In this document: piece by piece, positions 1-9,123 of the stretch | Numbering within the stretch: position 1 is the first letter of the stretch | How the letters are laid out: every line of letters starts with the position of its first letter | Assembly (NCBI GenBank): GCA_038845265.1 | Contig: JAWBQR010000003.1 | Coordinates: 1 to 64,000, forward strand | Reading direction: 5' to 3' | Origin: Nitrososphaerota archaeon | GTDB lineage: Archaea; Thermoproteota; Nitrososphaeria_A; Caldarchaeales; Calditenuaceae | Length of the DNA: 64,000 nt | Translations under genes and position numbers: made by a program | Notes under the pieces: generated by a model | Told to the model about the DNA's origin: nothing | What the model saw: only the letters and a program-made list of their open reading frames with translations | Databases searched by the model: none

Positions 1-25
1 TCGCCAGCCATAGAGGTTGATGCAC

Positions 26-295
26 ATGTCGTCGGAAGTTACAGTATTGATAGGAAAGAAGCCAGCCATGAGCTATGTCTTGGCGTGTCTAATATCGCTG
101 CAGCAGGGACAGAATGTTACGCTGAAGGCGAGGGGTAGATCGATTAGCAGAGCCGTAGATGTCGTTCAGATATTGAAAAACAGATTCTTCAAAGACCTAA
201 AGATTCATGAAATAAAGATAGGTACAGATATTATTAAGGGACAAGATGGAAGAGACGTTAATGTTAGTACAATAGAGATACGGGTCGGACAATAA
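26..295 (+). CDS. albA: DNA/RNA-binding protein Alba
   Basis: VLIGKKPAMSY, LKARGRSISRAVDV and VSTIEI are Alba motifs. ATG at 26 follows GAGGT; the ORF track starts at 17. Confidence 0.95.
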   Translation: MSSEVTVLIGKKPAMSYVLACLISLQQGQNVTLKARGRSISRAVDVVQILKNRFFKDLKIHEIKIGTDIIKGQDGRDVNVSTIEIRVGQ

Positions 296-342
296 GTCAC
301 AAAACATTCGAGGGAGGCGGCTGGAGATGCGAGGATTGGTGA

Positions 343-852
343 GTGCAGTTGAGGACTCCAGTATGCCAATTCGACCTAAAGAGTGGAGTACTTTGTGCAA
401 AATGCGAGGCGAAACTACGAGAAAACATCATTACAGAGCTGGACATAAAGATCATGGCTGCTCTTCTAGATGAAGAAAAAAATTTTATTTTTCTGCAAAG
501 ATCCGAATATAGTAAATCATTAGAAGTTAGTGGAGTGGTTTATATTTTTATTAAGTTTGAAGGTGATGTGTCTCATACCCAGTTAGGGGTCCTTGAGTCT
601 AGAATCGAGAATAAAATCAGGAGAAAAGTAAGATTGTTTAGAGATAGTGACAATCTTAACGAGTTCTTAAGTTCATTAATCTCACCGGCGAGAATTGTTT
701 CAATCAGCAAAATATGGTTACCTGATGGTAGTGAAGAATTAGGTCTTTTAATTGATAGCAAATCAAAGTTAACAATTCCGCCAGAGACTCTTCTTGAACT
801 AGTAAAAAAAGCTAAAGACAAGACAATTAGAATTAGATCTATTTCAAGCTAG
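343..852 (+). CDS. Archaeal NusA-like protein (N-terminal Cys motif plus KH-like region)
   Basis: PVCQFDLKSGVLCAKCEAKL N-terminus and ISKIWLPDGSE segment resemble the archaeal NusA paralog family. Confidence 0.7.
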   Translation: MQLRTPVCQFDLKSGVLCAKCEAKLRENIITELDIKIMAALLDEEKNFIFLQRSEYSKSLEVSGVVYIFIKFEGDVSHTQLGVLESRIENKIRRKVRLFRDSDNLNEFLSSLISPARIVSISKIWLPDGSEELGLLIDSKSKLTIPPETLLELVKKAKDKTIRIRSISS

Positions 853-870
853 GCTACATTTTAGTATTGC

Positions 871-880
871 TTTTTAAATA
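871..880 (+). promoter_or_regulatory. Putative TATA box for a leaderless aspS transcript
   Basis: TTTTTAAATA lies about 25 nt upstream of the GTG start at 906. Confidence 0.45.
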
Positions 881-905
881 TTATGATATGTAGCGGTGGA
901 CTAGC

Positions 906-2210
906 GTGCAGGAGGAAGAAAAAAGAATATTTGCCATTGACGTCCAAAAACAAAATGATGGGCTAGTAGGATATTTATTAGGATGGGTTCATGAAATTAG
1001 AGATCTTGGCTCATTAGTTTTTATAGTTCTGAGGGACAGAACAGGTACATGCCAAGTAAGTTTAAGACGCGACTCGTTAAATCAAAATGAACTTGCAGAG
1101 TTAGATAAAATTACTAAGGAATCAGTTGTTAGGGTAGATGGTATAGTAAGGATGGAGCCTAAATCGAGGTTAGGCGCAGAGCTTAAGGCTTCTAACCTCG
1201 TAGTTTTGAGTAGAGCTGCTGAGTCTCTGCCTTATGATGTTGTAGGAAAAGTAAAAGCAACCATGAATACGCGTCTTGAAAATAGAATACTCGATCTAAG
1301 AAGGCCGGAGCATAGAGCGATCTTCTTAATTGGCGATACTGTATTAAGTGCTTGTCGTGAATATTTACGGTCCTTGGGATTTGTAGAGGTAAGAACCCCC
1401 AGAATAATAGCAACTGCCACCGAGGGCGGAGCAAGTTTATTTGAGGTTAAATATTTCGACAAAACCGCGTATCTTGCCCAAAGCCCGCAGCTCTATAAGG
1501 AGGAGCTAGTAACCGTCTTCGAACGGGTATTTGAGATAGGCCCGTTCTTCAGAGCCGAGGAGTCTCATACTAGGCGGCACATTAGTGAATTCACATCCGT
1601 CGATATAGAGGCTGCTTTTCTTAATTATGAGGGAGTTATGAAGATTCTTGAAGAGCTAATCGTCTACGTAATAGAGAAGGTTATATCTGAAAGGAATAGG
1701 GAGCTTAAACTTTTGGGAGTAAGTTTGAAGGTTCCAAAAATACCATTTTTACGAATATCATATGACGAAGCACTAAGAGAACTAGAAGACCTAGGATTAA
1801 AGAAAAAATGGGGCGATGACTTTACGACTCAAGAATTAAGATTATTAGGGTCTAAACACCTAGGTTTTTACTTCATAACTCATTTTCCGACGGCTACTAA
1901 GCCTTTTTATATTAAGCCAAGCGATAGAGACGAATCAGTATCAGAATCATTTGATCTAATGTACCAATGGTTGGAGCTGTCATCTGGTGGTACTAGGATT
2001 TCTGACAGAAAATTGCTTGAATCTAGAATTAGAGAACAGGGTTTAAACCCCGATGCATTTAGATACCATTTAAAGGTCTATGACTATGGAATGCCTCTAC
2101 ATGCAGGATGGGGTCTAGGATTTGAAAGGCTATTGATGGTACTCACGAGAAAAACAAATATCCGCGAGACAATATTATTCCCACGTGATAAATTTAGATT
2201 AACTCCATAA
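906..2210 (+). CDS. aspS: Aspartate--tRNA ligase (archaeal type)
   Basis: GWVHEIRDLG OB-fold, YLAQSPQLYK, FRAEES (motif 2), GLGFERL (motif 3), FPRD..RLTP C-terminus. Confidence 0.95.
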   Translation: MQEEEKRIFAIDVQKQNDGLVGYLLGWVHEIRDLGSLVFIVLRDRTGTCQVSLRRDSLNQNELAELDKITKESVVRVDGIVRMEPKSRLGAELKASNLVVLSRAAESLPYDVVGKVKATMNTRLENRILDLRRPEHRAIFLIGDTVLSACREYLRSLGFVEVRTPRIIATATEGGASLFEVKYFDKTAYLAQSPQLYKEELVTVFERVFEIGPFFRAEESHTRRHISEFTSVDIEAAFLNYEGVMKILEELIVYVIEKVISERNRELKLLGVSLKVPKIPFLRISYDEALRELEDLGLKKKWGDDFTTQELRLLGSKHLGFYFITHFPTATKPFYIKPSDRDESVSESFDLMYQWLELSSGGTRISDRKLLESRIREQGLNPDAFRYHLKVYDYGMPLHAGWGLGFERLLMVLTRKTNIRETILFPRDKFRLTP

Positions 2211-2291
2211 ATTTAATCATCATTAGTAAAAATGTTATAAACTCATCACAATCATATCTTTATATTACGGCATTTTTTAAAAATAATTGAA

Positions 2292-2690
2292 TTGGTTCAA
2301 GAAGTGGTATCTGAAGTATTTCAAAATGCGTTTGTCCTTTATGCAATATTTTGTTTACTTGCTCCAATCATCTTTTACTTATTATCTGTTATACTTGCTC
2401 CTAACAGACCTAAAAAAGTAAAAAGGATGCCGTTTGAGTCAGGACAAACTCCTATCCCTTACAGAGTTAATCCATATCCAATTGAATATTTTCCCTATGT
2501 TATTGTCTATGTAGCATATGCACTTCTAGCATTAATTGCATTTTTGACATCCATCTCATTAATGGAGTCAGCTGAGACCCTATTCACTGGAATTCTAATA
2601 TTGTCAATTGTAACTCTCGTGACCATATACTTGAGCATATACATGAGGAGTTTGGTTCAAAAATTAGAAATTGGGGGACGAGAGAAATGA
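2292..2690 (+). CDS. nuoA: NADH-quinone oxidoreductase subunit A
   Basis: Three TM segments and the K.MPFESG loop; overlaps the start of nuoH. Confidence 0.8.
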   Translation: MVQEVVSEVFQNAFVLYAIFCLLAPIIFYLLSVILAPNRPKKVKRMPFESGQTPIPYRVNPYPIEYFPYVIVYVAYALLALIAFLTSISLMESAETLFTGILILSIVTLVTIYLSIYMRSLVQKLEIGGREK

Positions 2691-3745
2691 TGTTTGAACT
2701 TGTTAAAATTATAACGAACTTAGTTGAATCATTACCAGATTCTTTAAGATCCATTGTTAAGCTGACTTTAAGCGAGGCTTTTATTAAAGCCATGATTTTC
2801 CCGGGGGCTTTGTTCGGAGTAGTCCTCGGTCTATTCGCGGTTTGGTATGAAAGAAAGATCTTGGCACGCGTCATGCTTAGAGTTGGACCAATGCATGTAG
2901 GAAAAGTAAGTGGAATTCTTCAATTAGTTGCTGATGCTCTAAAAATTTTGTCTAAAGAGAGGATAATTCCGGACGTCAAGAATAGGTATTTATTTATAAC
3001 CATGCCTTCTATTGCTTTGTTCCTTTCATTACTATTGTTTGCATTTTTACCATTCGGTGCGGGATGGATTATTTATCCTTCTGAAATCGGGCTTTTGCTT
3101 TTCTTCGGTGTAATGGCTATAAGTCCTATTCCAATCTTACTCGCAGGCTATGCATCAGGTAGCAAATACCCGTTCATTGGGATGAGTAGATTTGCGTTAC
3201 AACTGTTCGGATATGAGATACCGATGTTCGTCTCACTTACAGGGATAATATTGCTTGCAAGATCATTTGATATAATAAAAATCGTAGAAGCTCAAAGTAC
3301 CTTACCGTTTATTTTCCCTCAATTTATCGGATTTATTGTATTTTTCATAACAATGGTTGCTGAGTCTGAGAGAATTCCATTTGATATTCCAACAGCCGAG
3401 AGTGAAATAGTATCAGGATGGCATACAGAGTATTCAGGAGTGAATTTCTTGATGATTCAGTTTACATCATATGAGAAGACTCTCGCTCTATGCGTCTTGG
3501 CATCACTTATCTATTTAGGCGGATGGTATGGTCCACCCGTTCCATTCGTTCCAGAATCAATAATTGCTCCATTTTGGGTAATAATAAAAGCATTAATCCT
3601 ATTCACAGTACTAGCCGTTATAAGAGGGGCTTATCCTCGTTTAACGATAAGTAGAGTATTAGAAATCGGATGGAAATATTTAATACCACTAGGATTCATA
3701 AATCTGTTGGTAACATCCATATTTGTGGCATTAGTTAGCCTTTAG
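2687..3745 (+). CDS. nuoH: NADH-quinone oxidoreductase subunit H
   Basis: ERKILARVMLRVGP, GILQLVADALK, AESERIPFDIPTAESE, PRL motifs; multi-pass membrane protein. Confidence 0.95.
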   Translation: MMFELVKIITNLVESLPDSLRSIVKLTLSEAFIKAMIFPGALFGVVLGLFAVWYERKILARVMLRVGPMHVGKVSGILQLVADALKILSKERIIPDVKNRYLFITMPSIALFLSLLLFAFLPFGAGWIIYPSEIGLLLFFGVMAISPIPILLAGYASGSKYPFIGMSRFALQLFGYEIPMFVSLTGIILLARSFDIIKIVEAQSTLPFIFPQFIGFIVFFITMVAESERIPFDIPTAESEIVSGWHTEYSGVNFLMIQFTSYEKTLALCVLASLIYLGGWYGPPVPFVPESIIAPFWVIIKALILFTVLAVIRGAYPRLTISRVLEIGWKYLIPLGFINLLVTSIFVALVSL

Positions 3746-4085
3746 TTCTCTTTATCTTAAACTCGAGACCTACTGCCATTATATTTGCACGAGTAATCGT
3801 ATATACAGCTTGCTGAACTAGCAATCCGTGATTCTCAAGGTCAAAATTGTTCTTTTGATATCTTACTTTATCATACATTGATTCAATATTCTTAACTAAG
3901 TCCATTTTTCCGGCCAGTTCATGACTATCGATATGAATAATGTTTAAGAGCTTACTGCAGGATGAGTAAGCATCCTCGATAAACTTATAGTCATCAGTCT
4001 CTAAAAACTTTTGCAGAGACAATATTATTTCCCTGAGAATATTCAATACGTTATTCAGTTCTTCTAAGTCATCTTCAGCAGCCAT
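3735..4085 (-). CDS. Hypothetical helical protein
   Basis: 116-aa ORF with ATG start filling the gap between known genes; no recognisable motif. Confidence 0.6.
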   Translation of the reverse strand: MAAEDDLEELNNVLNILREIILSLQKFLETDDYKFIEDAYSSCSKLLNIIHIDSHELAGKMDLVKNIESMYDKVRYQKNNFDLENHGLLVQQAVYTITRANIMAVGLEFKIKRTKG

Positions 4086-4152
4086 AGTTATTACATGAAA
4101 AAATATGAAAAGCCTCTATTTTAGATATTACTGTGGTATGGAGTTGTGGTTA

Positions 4153-5262
4153 TTAATATATGGTTTTTTCTGTCTTGCCGTCGAATATGTGAATCTTCTT
4201 GATATCAAATCCAACCCATACCTGTTGTCCGAGTTCTACCTGAACCGTTAATGGGGTTACTGCTTTAATTATTTGTTCCCCAATCTTTAGGTCTAGCACA
4301 AGATTAGCTCCCTGCGGCTCTACAACGTACACTTCGGCCATAAAGATAGAATTAAGCGTTTTTTCAATACTTACTTGCAGATCTTCTGGACGTACTCCTA
4401 AATAAACCTCAGATGAAGAGGCTTTGTTATAAATCGTTTCGGCTATATCTCTAGGCAGAATGTATTTGAACGCTCCTGCATCAAGTATTACGTCGCCATT
4501 TTTCCTAGACATTGATGTTTTTATCATGTTCATCGGAGGACTACCAAGGAATGCGCCCACAAACATGTCTGCGGGTCGGTGATATATTACGGATGGTTCA
4601 TCATACTGTAGAAGCTTACCTGCATTCATAACTGCAATCTTGTCGGCCATAGCCATTGCCTCGGCCTGGTCATGAGTGACGTATACTGTCGTCACGTTTA
4701 ACTCCTTTTGAAGACGTTTCAACTCGGCCCTCATGAATATCCTTAGTTTAGCATCCAAGTTGCTCAAAGGCTCATCCATCAAGAACACTTTTGGCTTCCT
4801 TACGAGTGCTCTGCCCAGCGCAACTCTTTGCTGTTCGCCACCGCTGAGCTGTCTAGGCTTTCTATTAAGTAGGTGCTCAATATTTAATAACTTAGCAACT
4901 TCCTTTACGCGTCTCTCAATTTCATCCTTCGGGACTTTTCTCATCTTAAGTGGAAAAGCTATATTGTCAAAAGCCGTCATGTGGGGATATAACGCATAAT
5001 TCTGAAAAACCATAGCAACATCTCTATCCTTTGGAGGTAAATCATTTACAACCCTATCTTCAATATATATTTCGCCTGAGTCTGGAGACTCTAGGCCGGC
5101 AATGCATCTAAGCGTAGTGGTCTTTCCGCATCCTGAGGGACCCAGTAGAACAACGAACTCTCCGCTCTTTATGTCCAATGAGACTCCATTTACTGCTAAC
5201 ACCTTGTCGAACCTTTTTACGAGGTCGACTACCCTGACATTACTCATACATATTTTTGACAT
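4153..5262 (-). CDS. Sugar ABC transporter ATP-binding protein (MalK/MsmX family)
   Basis: GPSGCGKTT, VFQNYALYPH, LSGGEQQR, MDEPLSNLD; C-terminal TOBE-like region. Confidence 0.93.
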   Translation of the reverse strand: MSKICMSNVRVVDLVKRFDKVLAVNGVSLDIKSGEFVVLLGPSGCGKTTTLRCIAGLESPDSGEIYIEDRVVNDLPPKDRDVAMVFQNYALYPHMTAFDNIAFPLKMRKVPKDEIERRVKEVAKLLNIEHLLNRKPRQLSGGEQQRVALGRALVRKPKVFLMDEPLSNLDAKLRIFMRAELKRLQKELNVTTVYVTHDQAEAMAMADKIAVMNAGKLLQYDEPSVIYHRPADMFVGAFLGSPPMNMIKTSMSRKNGDVILDAGAFKYILPRDIAETIYNKASSSEVYLGVRPEDLQVSIEKTLNSIFMAEVYVVEPQGANLVLDLKIGEQIIKAVTPLTVQVELGQQVWVGFDIKKIHIFDGKTEKTIY

Positions 5263-5327
5263 TCATCGTCATATATAAGTCTAACAATGCCGAATCTATA
5301 TTCTGCCTATTTTTCCTAAATATTATT

Positions 5328-6245
5328 TTACTTGAGCCTCGCCCTGATCCATCCATATATTGCATCTATTGGATTACTAGAGGGGGGCGGAGCAGTGACT
5401 CCTTTAGCTGCAAGGGCTACTGGGTTATAAATAAGTCCCTGCCTCGTCAGTGTTGACAACTCAATGTCCGTTGACATCTCTAACGCATAGAAGGGGCATG
5501 CATCAACGCAAAAGCCACAGAATACACATCGTCCATAATCAACCTGCGGAAAATATGATTTCTTATTTTGGTCGAGTTTAAAATCTCTTTTTTCAACAAT
5601 CAATTTTAGATTAACAGAATCGTTCTCAATAGAATAAACTTCTGCGTCAGGTGCTTTATCAACTATCTTTGATATTCTCCATCCCTTTAATTTGAGTCTC
5701 GTTAATGATCTGGATAAATACTTTGAAACTAATAGGTCAGACCTATGTTCCCATAAGGGTTCCTGATTAAATCTCATCAAGATTGTGCCATCATCATTTC
5801 TAACTGACTTAAGCTCCGGGTATATTGCCATCAATGGATGCGCTACTCCTTTTCTCGCTCTAAAGACTAATTGAGCGTTGTTTATACTTAATAGAATTTC
5901 ATCTAGAGGTTCAGAAACTTTTTTATTTCCTTTAAGTATCTCACCATGAGTCTTTTCATCGAGTTGAAGAGAGACGTCGTATCCATATACCATTGTTATT
6001 GCCTCCGCAATATTTTGACAAGTTAGGTCGCATAAACTACAACCTGTGCATTTATTTAAATAAAGGATGTGTCTGCCCTTATAGCCCGGATACGCTATAC
6101 CTGCCTTTGGATCATATCTATAATTTTCAGATGGAAGATTAGGCACTCTCTCATATGGATACTTCAAAGTATAGGGGCGCATAATTAAATGCCTCGTGGC
6201 TGTAAAAAACGGCTTCACCAATTGTAAAATCAATCGAGATACCAT
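5328..6245 (-). CDS. nuoI: NADH-quinone oxidoreductase subunit I with large internal insertion
   Basis: TLKYPYE, KGRH.L..KCTGCSLCDLTC and DYGRCVFCGFCVDACP ferredoxin motifs. Confidence 0.85.
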   Translation of the reverse strand: MVSRLILQLVKPFFTATRHLIMRPYTLKYPYERVPNLPSENYRYDPKAGIAYPGYKGRHILYLNKCTGCSLCDLTCQNIAEAITMVYGYDVSLQLDEKTHGEILKGNKKVSEPLDEILLSINNAQLVFRARKGVAHPLMAIYPELKSVRNDDGTILMRFNQEPLWEHRSDLLVSKYLSRSLTRLKLKGWRISKIVDKAPDAEVYSIENDSVNLKLIVEKRDFKLDQNKKSYFPQVDYGRCVFCGFCVDACPFYALEMSTDIELSTLTRQGLIYNPVALAAKGVTAPPPSSNPIDAIYGWIRARLK

Positions 6246-6352
6246 TTTCTGAGTTCATAAAATTTCATATCTATAATTTAAATATTCAGCGGTGAATTGA
6301 GTAGTGAGAAAATGGATAAAATGTTTGAACGAAATATACTCAGTAAAGAGGT

Positions 6353-7063
6353 GTGGTGCACCTGTCAGAGAAGCTCAGTAATGAAAGAGAGCTTGGAAAA
6401 TGGCTTATTAATAAGCTCAAACAAAAATATGATATTTCAAAATTTTATTTTGTTTCATCTTTGAGCATTAACGGAAGTAAAGACCCGTTTAAAATTTTAG
6501 TGGCTACAATATTGTCCCAAAACTCTACTGATAAGGCTGCCATGAATGCATATCACAACTTGGAAAAAATCACAAGAATATCTCCTGCACACATTTGTCG
6601 TCTTAATTATAAAGTGATTGCTTCAGCAATTAGACCAGCTGGACTTCATAAGACAAAGGCAAAAGCATTAAAAGAATTGTCCAGAATAATTTTATCTAAG
6701 TATGATGGTGATTTATTTAAATTACTAAAAAACAGTGAATTAGATATACGTAAGGAACTAATGAAGTTACCAAATGTGGGTTCGAAGACTTGTGATGTAT
6801 TATTAGTAAATATGGGAGTCTTAAAGACGGTTCCTGTTGATACACATATATCAAGAATAGCGAAAAGGCTTGGTCTCGTTCCAAACAATGCGGGGTATGA
6901 AATGATTAGAAGGCGTCTTGATGAAATATTTGATGAGGATGATAGATATGATGCACACTTATTACTTATTATGCATGGAAGAACTACTTGTAAAGCAATA
7001 AACCCTCTTTGCCAAGAATGTTTAATAAGTGAAAAATGTAACTATTACAAATCATATAAATAG
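6353..7063 (+). CDS. nth: Endonuclease III (HhH-GPD DNA glycosylase, 4Fe-4S)
   Basis: ILSQNSTD, LPNVGSKT, VDTH, C-terminal C-x6-C-x2-C-x5-C. Confidence 0.92.
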   Translation: MVHLSEKLSNERELGKWLINKLKQKYDISKFYFVSSLSINGSKDPFKILVATILSQNSTDKAAMNAYHNLEKITRISPAHICRLNYKVIASAIRPAGLHKTKAKALKELSRIILSKYDGDLFKLLKNSELDIRKELMKLPNVGSKTCDVLLVNMGVLKTVPVDTHISRIAKRLGLVPNNAGYEMIRRRLDEIFDEDDRYDAHLLLIMHGRTTCKAINPLCQECLISEKCNYYKSYK

Positions 7064-7093
7064 GTAATTAATATCAATATTTAGGATGATTCC

Positions 7094-8020
7094 ATGAATA
7101 TCAAGAGCCTGGTAGAACTAATTAATCCAAAAAGACTTGCTTCTTCATTTGAAGTTTCATTCAAACTTAAGCGAGCTATTTTAATTTACGTAATTGCAAT
7201 CTTAGCAGCTATCGGTTCAGCGCTATATTATGGATTATACAAATTAAAAATTGTCTTCTTTATGCCGATTTTAAAGGCATTTACACCGCCGTATACTTCA
7301 GCCTGGGATATAATTCTCGGCAGAATAATATATGTAATATTTGGGATGATAATTGTTCTTTTCATATTGAGACTGTCTCTAATGTTTGTCAAAAAGGAGG
7401 GCGTAAAATTTTACGCATTAATTAGCTTAATTTTGCATTCATTTTTAGCCATTGTGATGATTTCGGTGATTTTCTTTATCTTTGCTGCGAATTCACCGAT
7501 AGCAGAAGTTAACATAGTATCTGCGACACTAAGTGACGTAAAACTCAATGGTGTTGAATTAGAGGGACGATATATGTTGAATAATAGTAATATCGAGGTC
7601 CAAGCAGAGACAATTAATGCTGATCAAATCATAGTCACGAGCGTGTTTGAAAATGGAACTATTCCAAATTGGGGTGAAATATATCAAAAAGGAATTACGA
7701 TAGACTTAGGTTCGCTTCGTGAATATATAACAATTAAATCAGCGATAGCATCCAGCGAAGGGAGATTACTCGAGTTGGGTGATATTGAAGTGAGTGAATT
7801 GAAATGGCAGTCTATTCAATTTAGTTCAATTTCAAATATGTTATATTATCCAGTCCCACCCATGAATTTCATAGCGGGTCTATTATCTTTGTTTTCATGG
7901 ATCTGGATAATTGGTTATAGCGTACTTGCAACTAAATATTATTATTCATTAACAACAGGTATTTCAATTCTTATTAGCATAATTATGTTTATGACACTTT
8001 TTATCTTTGGCTTCATCTGA
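7094..8020 (+). CDS. Multi-pass membrane protein (Yip1-like topology) with inserted soluble domain
   Basis: Three N-terminal and two C-terminal hydrophobic segments flank a ~115-aa beta-rich loop. Confidence 0.6.
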   Translation: MNIKSLVELINPKRLASSFEVSFKLKRAILIYVIAILAAIGSALYYGLYKLKIVFFMPILKAFTPPYTSAWDIILGRIIYVIFGMIIVLFILRLSLMFVKKEGVKFYALISLILHSFLAIVMISVIFFIFAANSPIAEVNIVSATLSDVKLNGVELEGRYMLNNSNIEVQAETINADQIIVTSVFENGTIPNWGEIYQKGITIDLGSLREYITIKSAIASSEGRLLELGDIEVSELKWQSIQFSSISNMLYYPVPPMNFIAGLLSLFSWIWIIGYSVLATKYYYSLTTGISILISIIMFMTLFIFGFI

Positions 8021-8723
8021 CTTTACCATTTGGATGAAGCTCTCCATTACGGATCCTAGTGCTCGAGATAGGTTTACCATCTTCTGCAAGGACGATTGGA
8101 CAAACCTCAAGATAAACTGGGTTAAGCCCCCTCTTAATCCTATGTTCATTTATCTCGGTTCCTCTTTTATACGTAAATGGACTGACTACTAACAATTCAA
8201 ATCTAGGGTCACTTATCATTGGACCATATGGGTCTTCGAGCGGATGAATAGAAGCTCTCTCGATCCATTCATACTTTCTAAGCGCCTTTTCAAGATTTCT
8301 TCTTCTAACCTCAAAACTTTCAATATCGCCTTTTTTATCGAGTTTATGTACAAGTTCATCCGTAGTGCAGCCAATATAGACTTTCTCAGCAAGTCTAAAG
8401 GCGATATTAAGGAGCGCTAAATGCCCCACATGAATATTGTCAAACGTTCCGCCTACTCCAGCAAGTTTGAATCTCGGTTTGTAATACTTACTTAACAAAA
8501 TTTCTTCCTCTACCTCATAGTACCAAATTCTTATGTCTCGAAGCAAAACTAACGCTTCACCTTCAGTTATTCCAAGAATAATACTCAGTTCCTGCGGTGT
8601 TAATAAGTAGTTAGATGTTATGAGATTTCTTATCACATATTCTCGCTTCTCTCTATAAGTCGGCATCCTCCTTATTGATTCACTAAGGATGACATACAGC
8701 TCTGGGCAGTCTGTGACTTTCAT
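8013..8723 (-). CDS. coaD: Phosphopantetheine adenylyltransferase (archaeal CoaD) with N-terminal extension
   Basis: VGGTFDNIHVGH, DPYGP, INEHR..RGL.P, DGKPISSTRIR.GE. Confidence 0.88.
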   Translation of the reverse strand: MKVTDCPELYVILSESIRRMPTYREKREYVIRNLITSNYLLTPQELSIILGITEGEALVLLRDIRIWYYEVEEEILLSKYYKPRFKLAGVGGTFDNIHVGHLALLNIAFRLAEKVYIGCTTDELVHKLDKKGDIESFEVRRRNLEKALRKYEWIERASIHPLEDPYGPMISDPRFELLVVSPFTYKRGTEINEHRIKRGLNPVYLEVCPIVLAEDGKPISSTRIRNGELHPNGKVR

Positions 8724-8824
8724 GCCGGCTATTGATATTCTTAATAAGATTCCCTTAGGGATAAATGTTAACAGTCAATAGAAAAAGCTTATAGAAAGCT
8801 AGCCTAAATAATCTCTAGAGAATA

Positions 8825-9121
8825 ATGGGGCCTGTGAACGACTTAACAAAGGTCATAAGCGAGATGAAAGAGACAATCCAGTTCCTAGAGAAGCAGTTGG
8901 AAAGTGGTTCAAGATTAGAATTAATCATTAACCATGTAGAAGATATACTTGAGTCTCTTGATTTAATGTTGTCTGACACAACTCTTCCAGAAAGTATGAG
9001 AGTACAAGTAGAAGGACTCTTAATCAAGGCTAGATACATATCTGAAAAAGCAAAGAACATGCTTGACATGTTGGAAAGGGAGACCCGTAATTTAAAGCCT
9101 AAGAGCAGAACTTGGGAATAA
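8825..9121 (+). CDS. Hypothetical coiled-coil protein
   Basis: 98-aa helical ORF immediately upstream of tldD. Confidence 0.6.
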   Translation: MGPVNDLTKVISEMKETIQFLEKQLESGSRLELIINHVEDILESLDLMLSDTTLPESMRVQVEGLLIKARYISEKAKNMLDMLERETRNLKPKSRTWE

Positions 9122-9123
9122 GT

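Noticed and set aside
5583-5987. Intein or homing endonuclease explanation for the NuoI insert
   Set aside because: No intein splice-junction residues and no LAGLIDADG or HNH motif.
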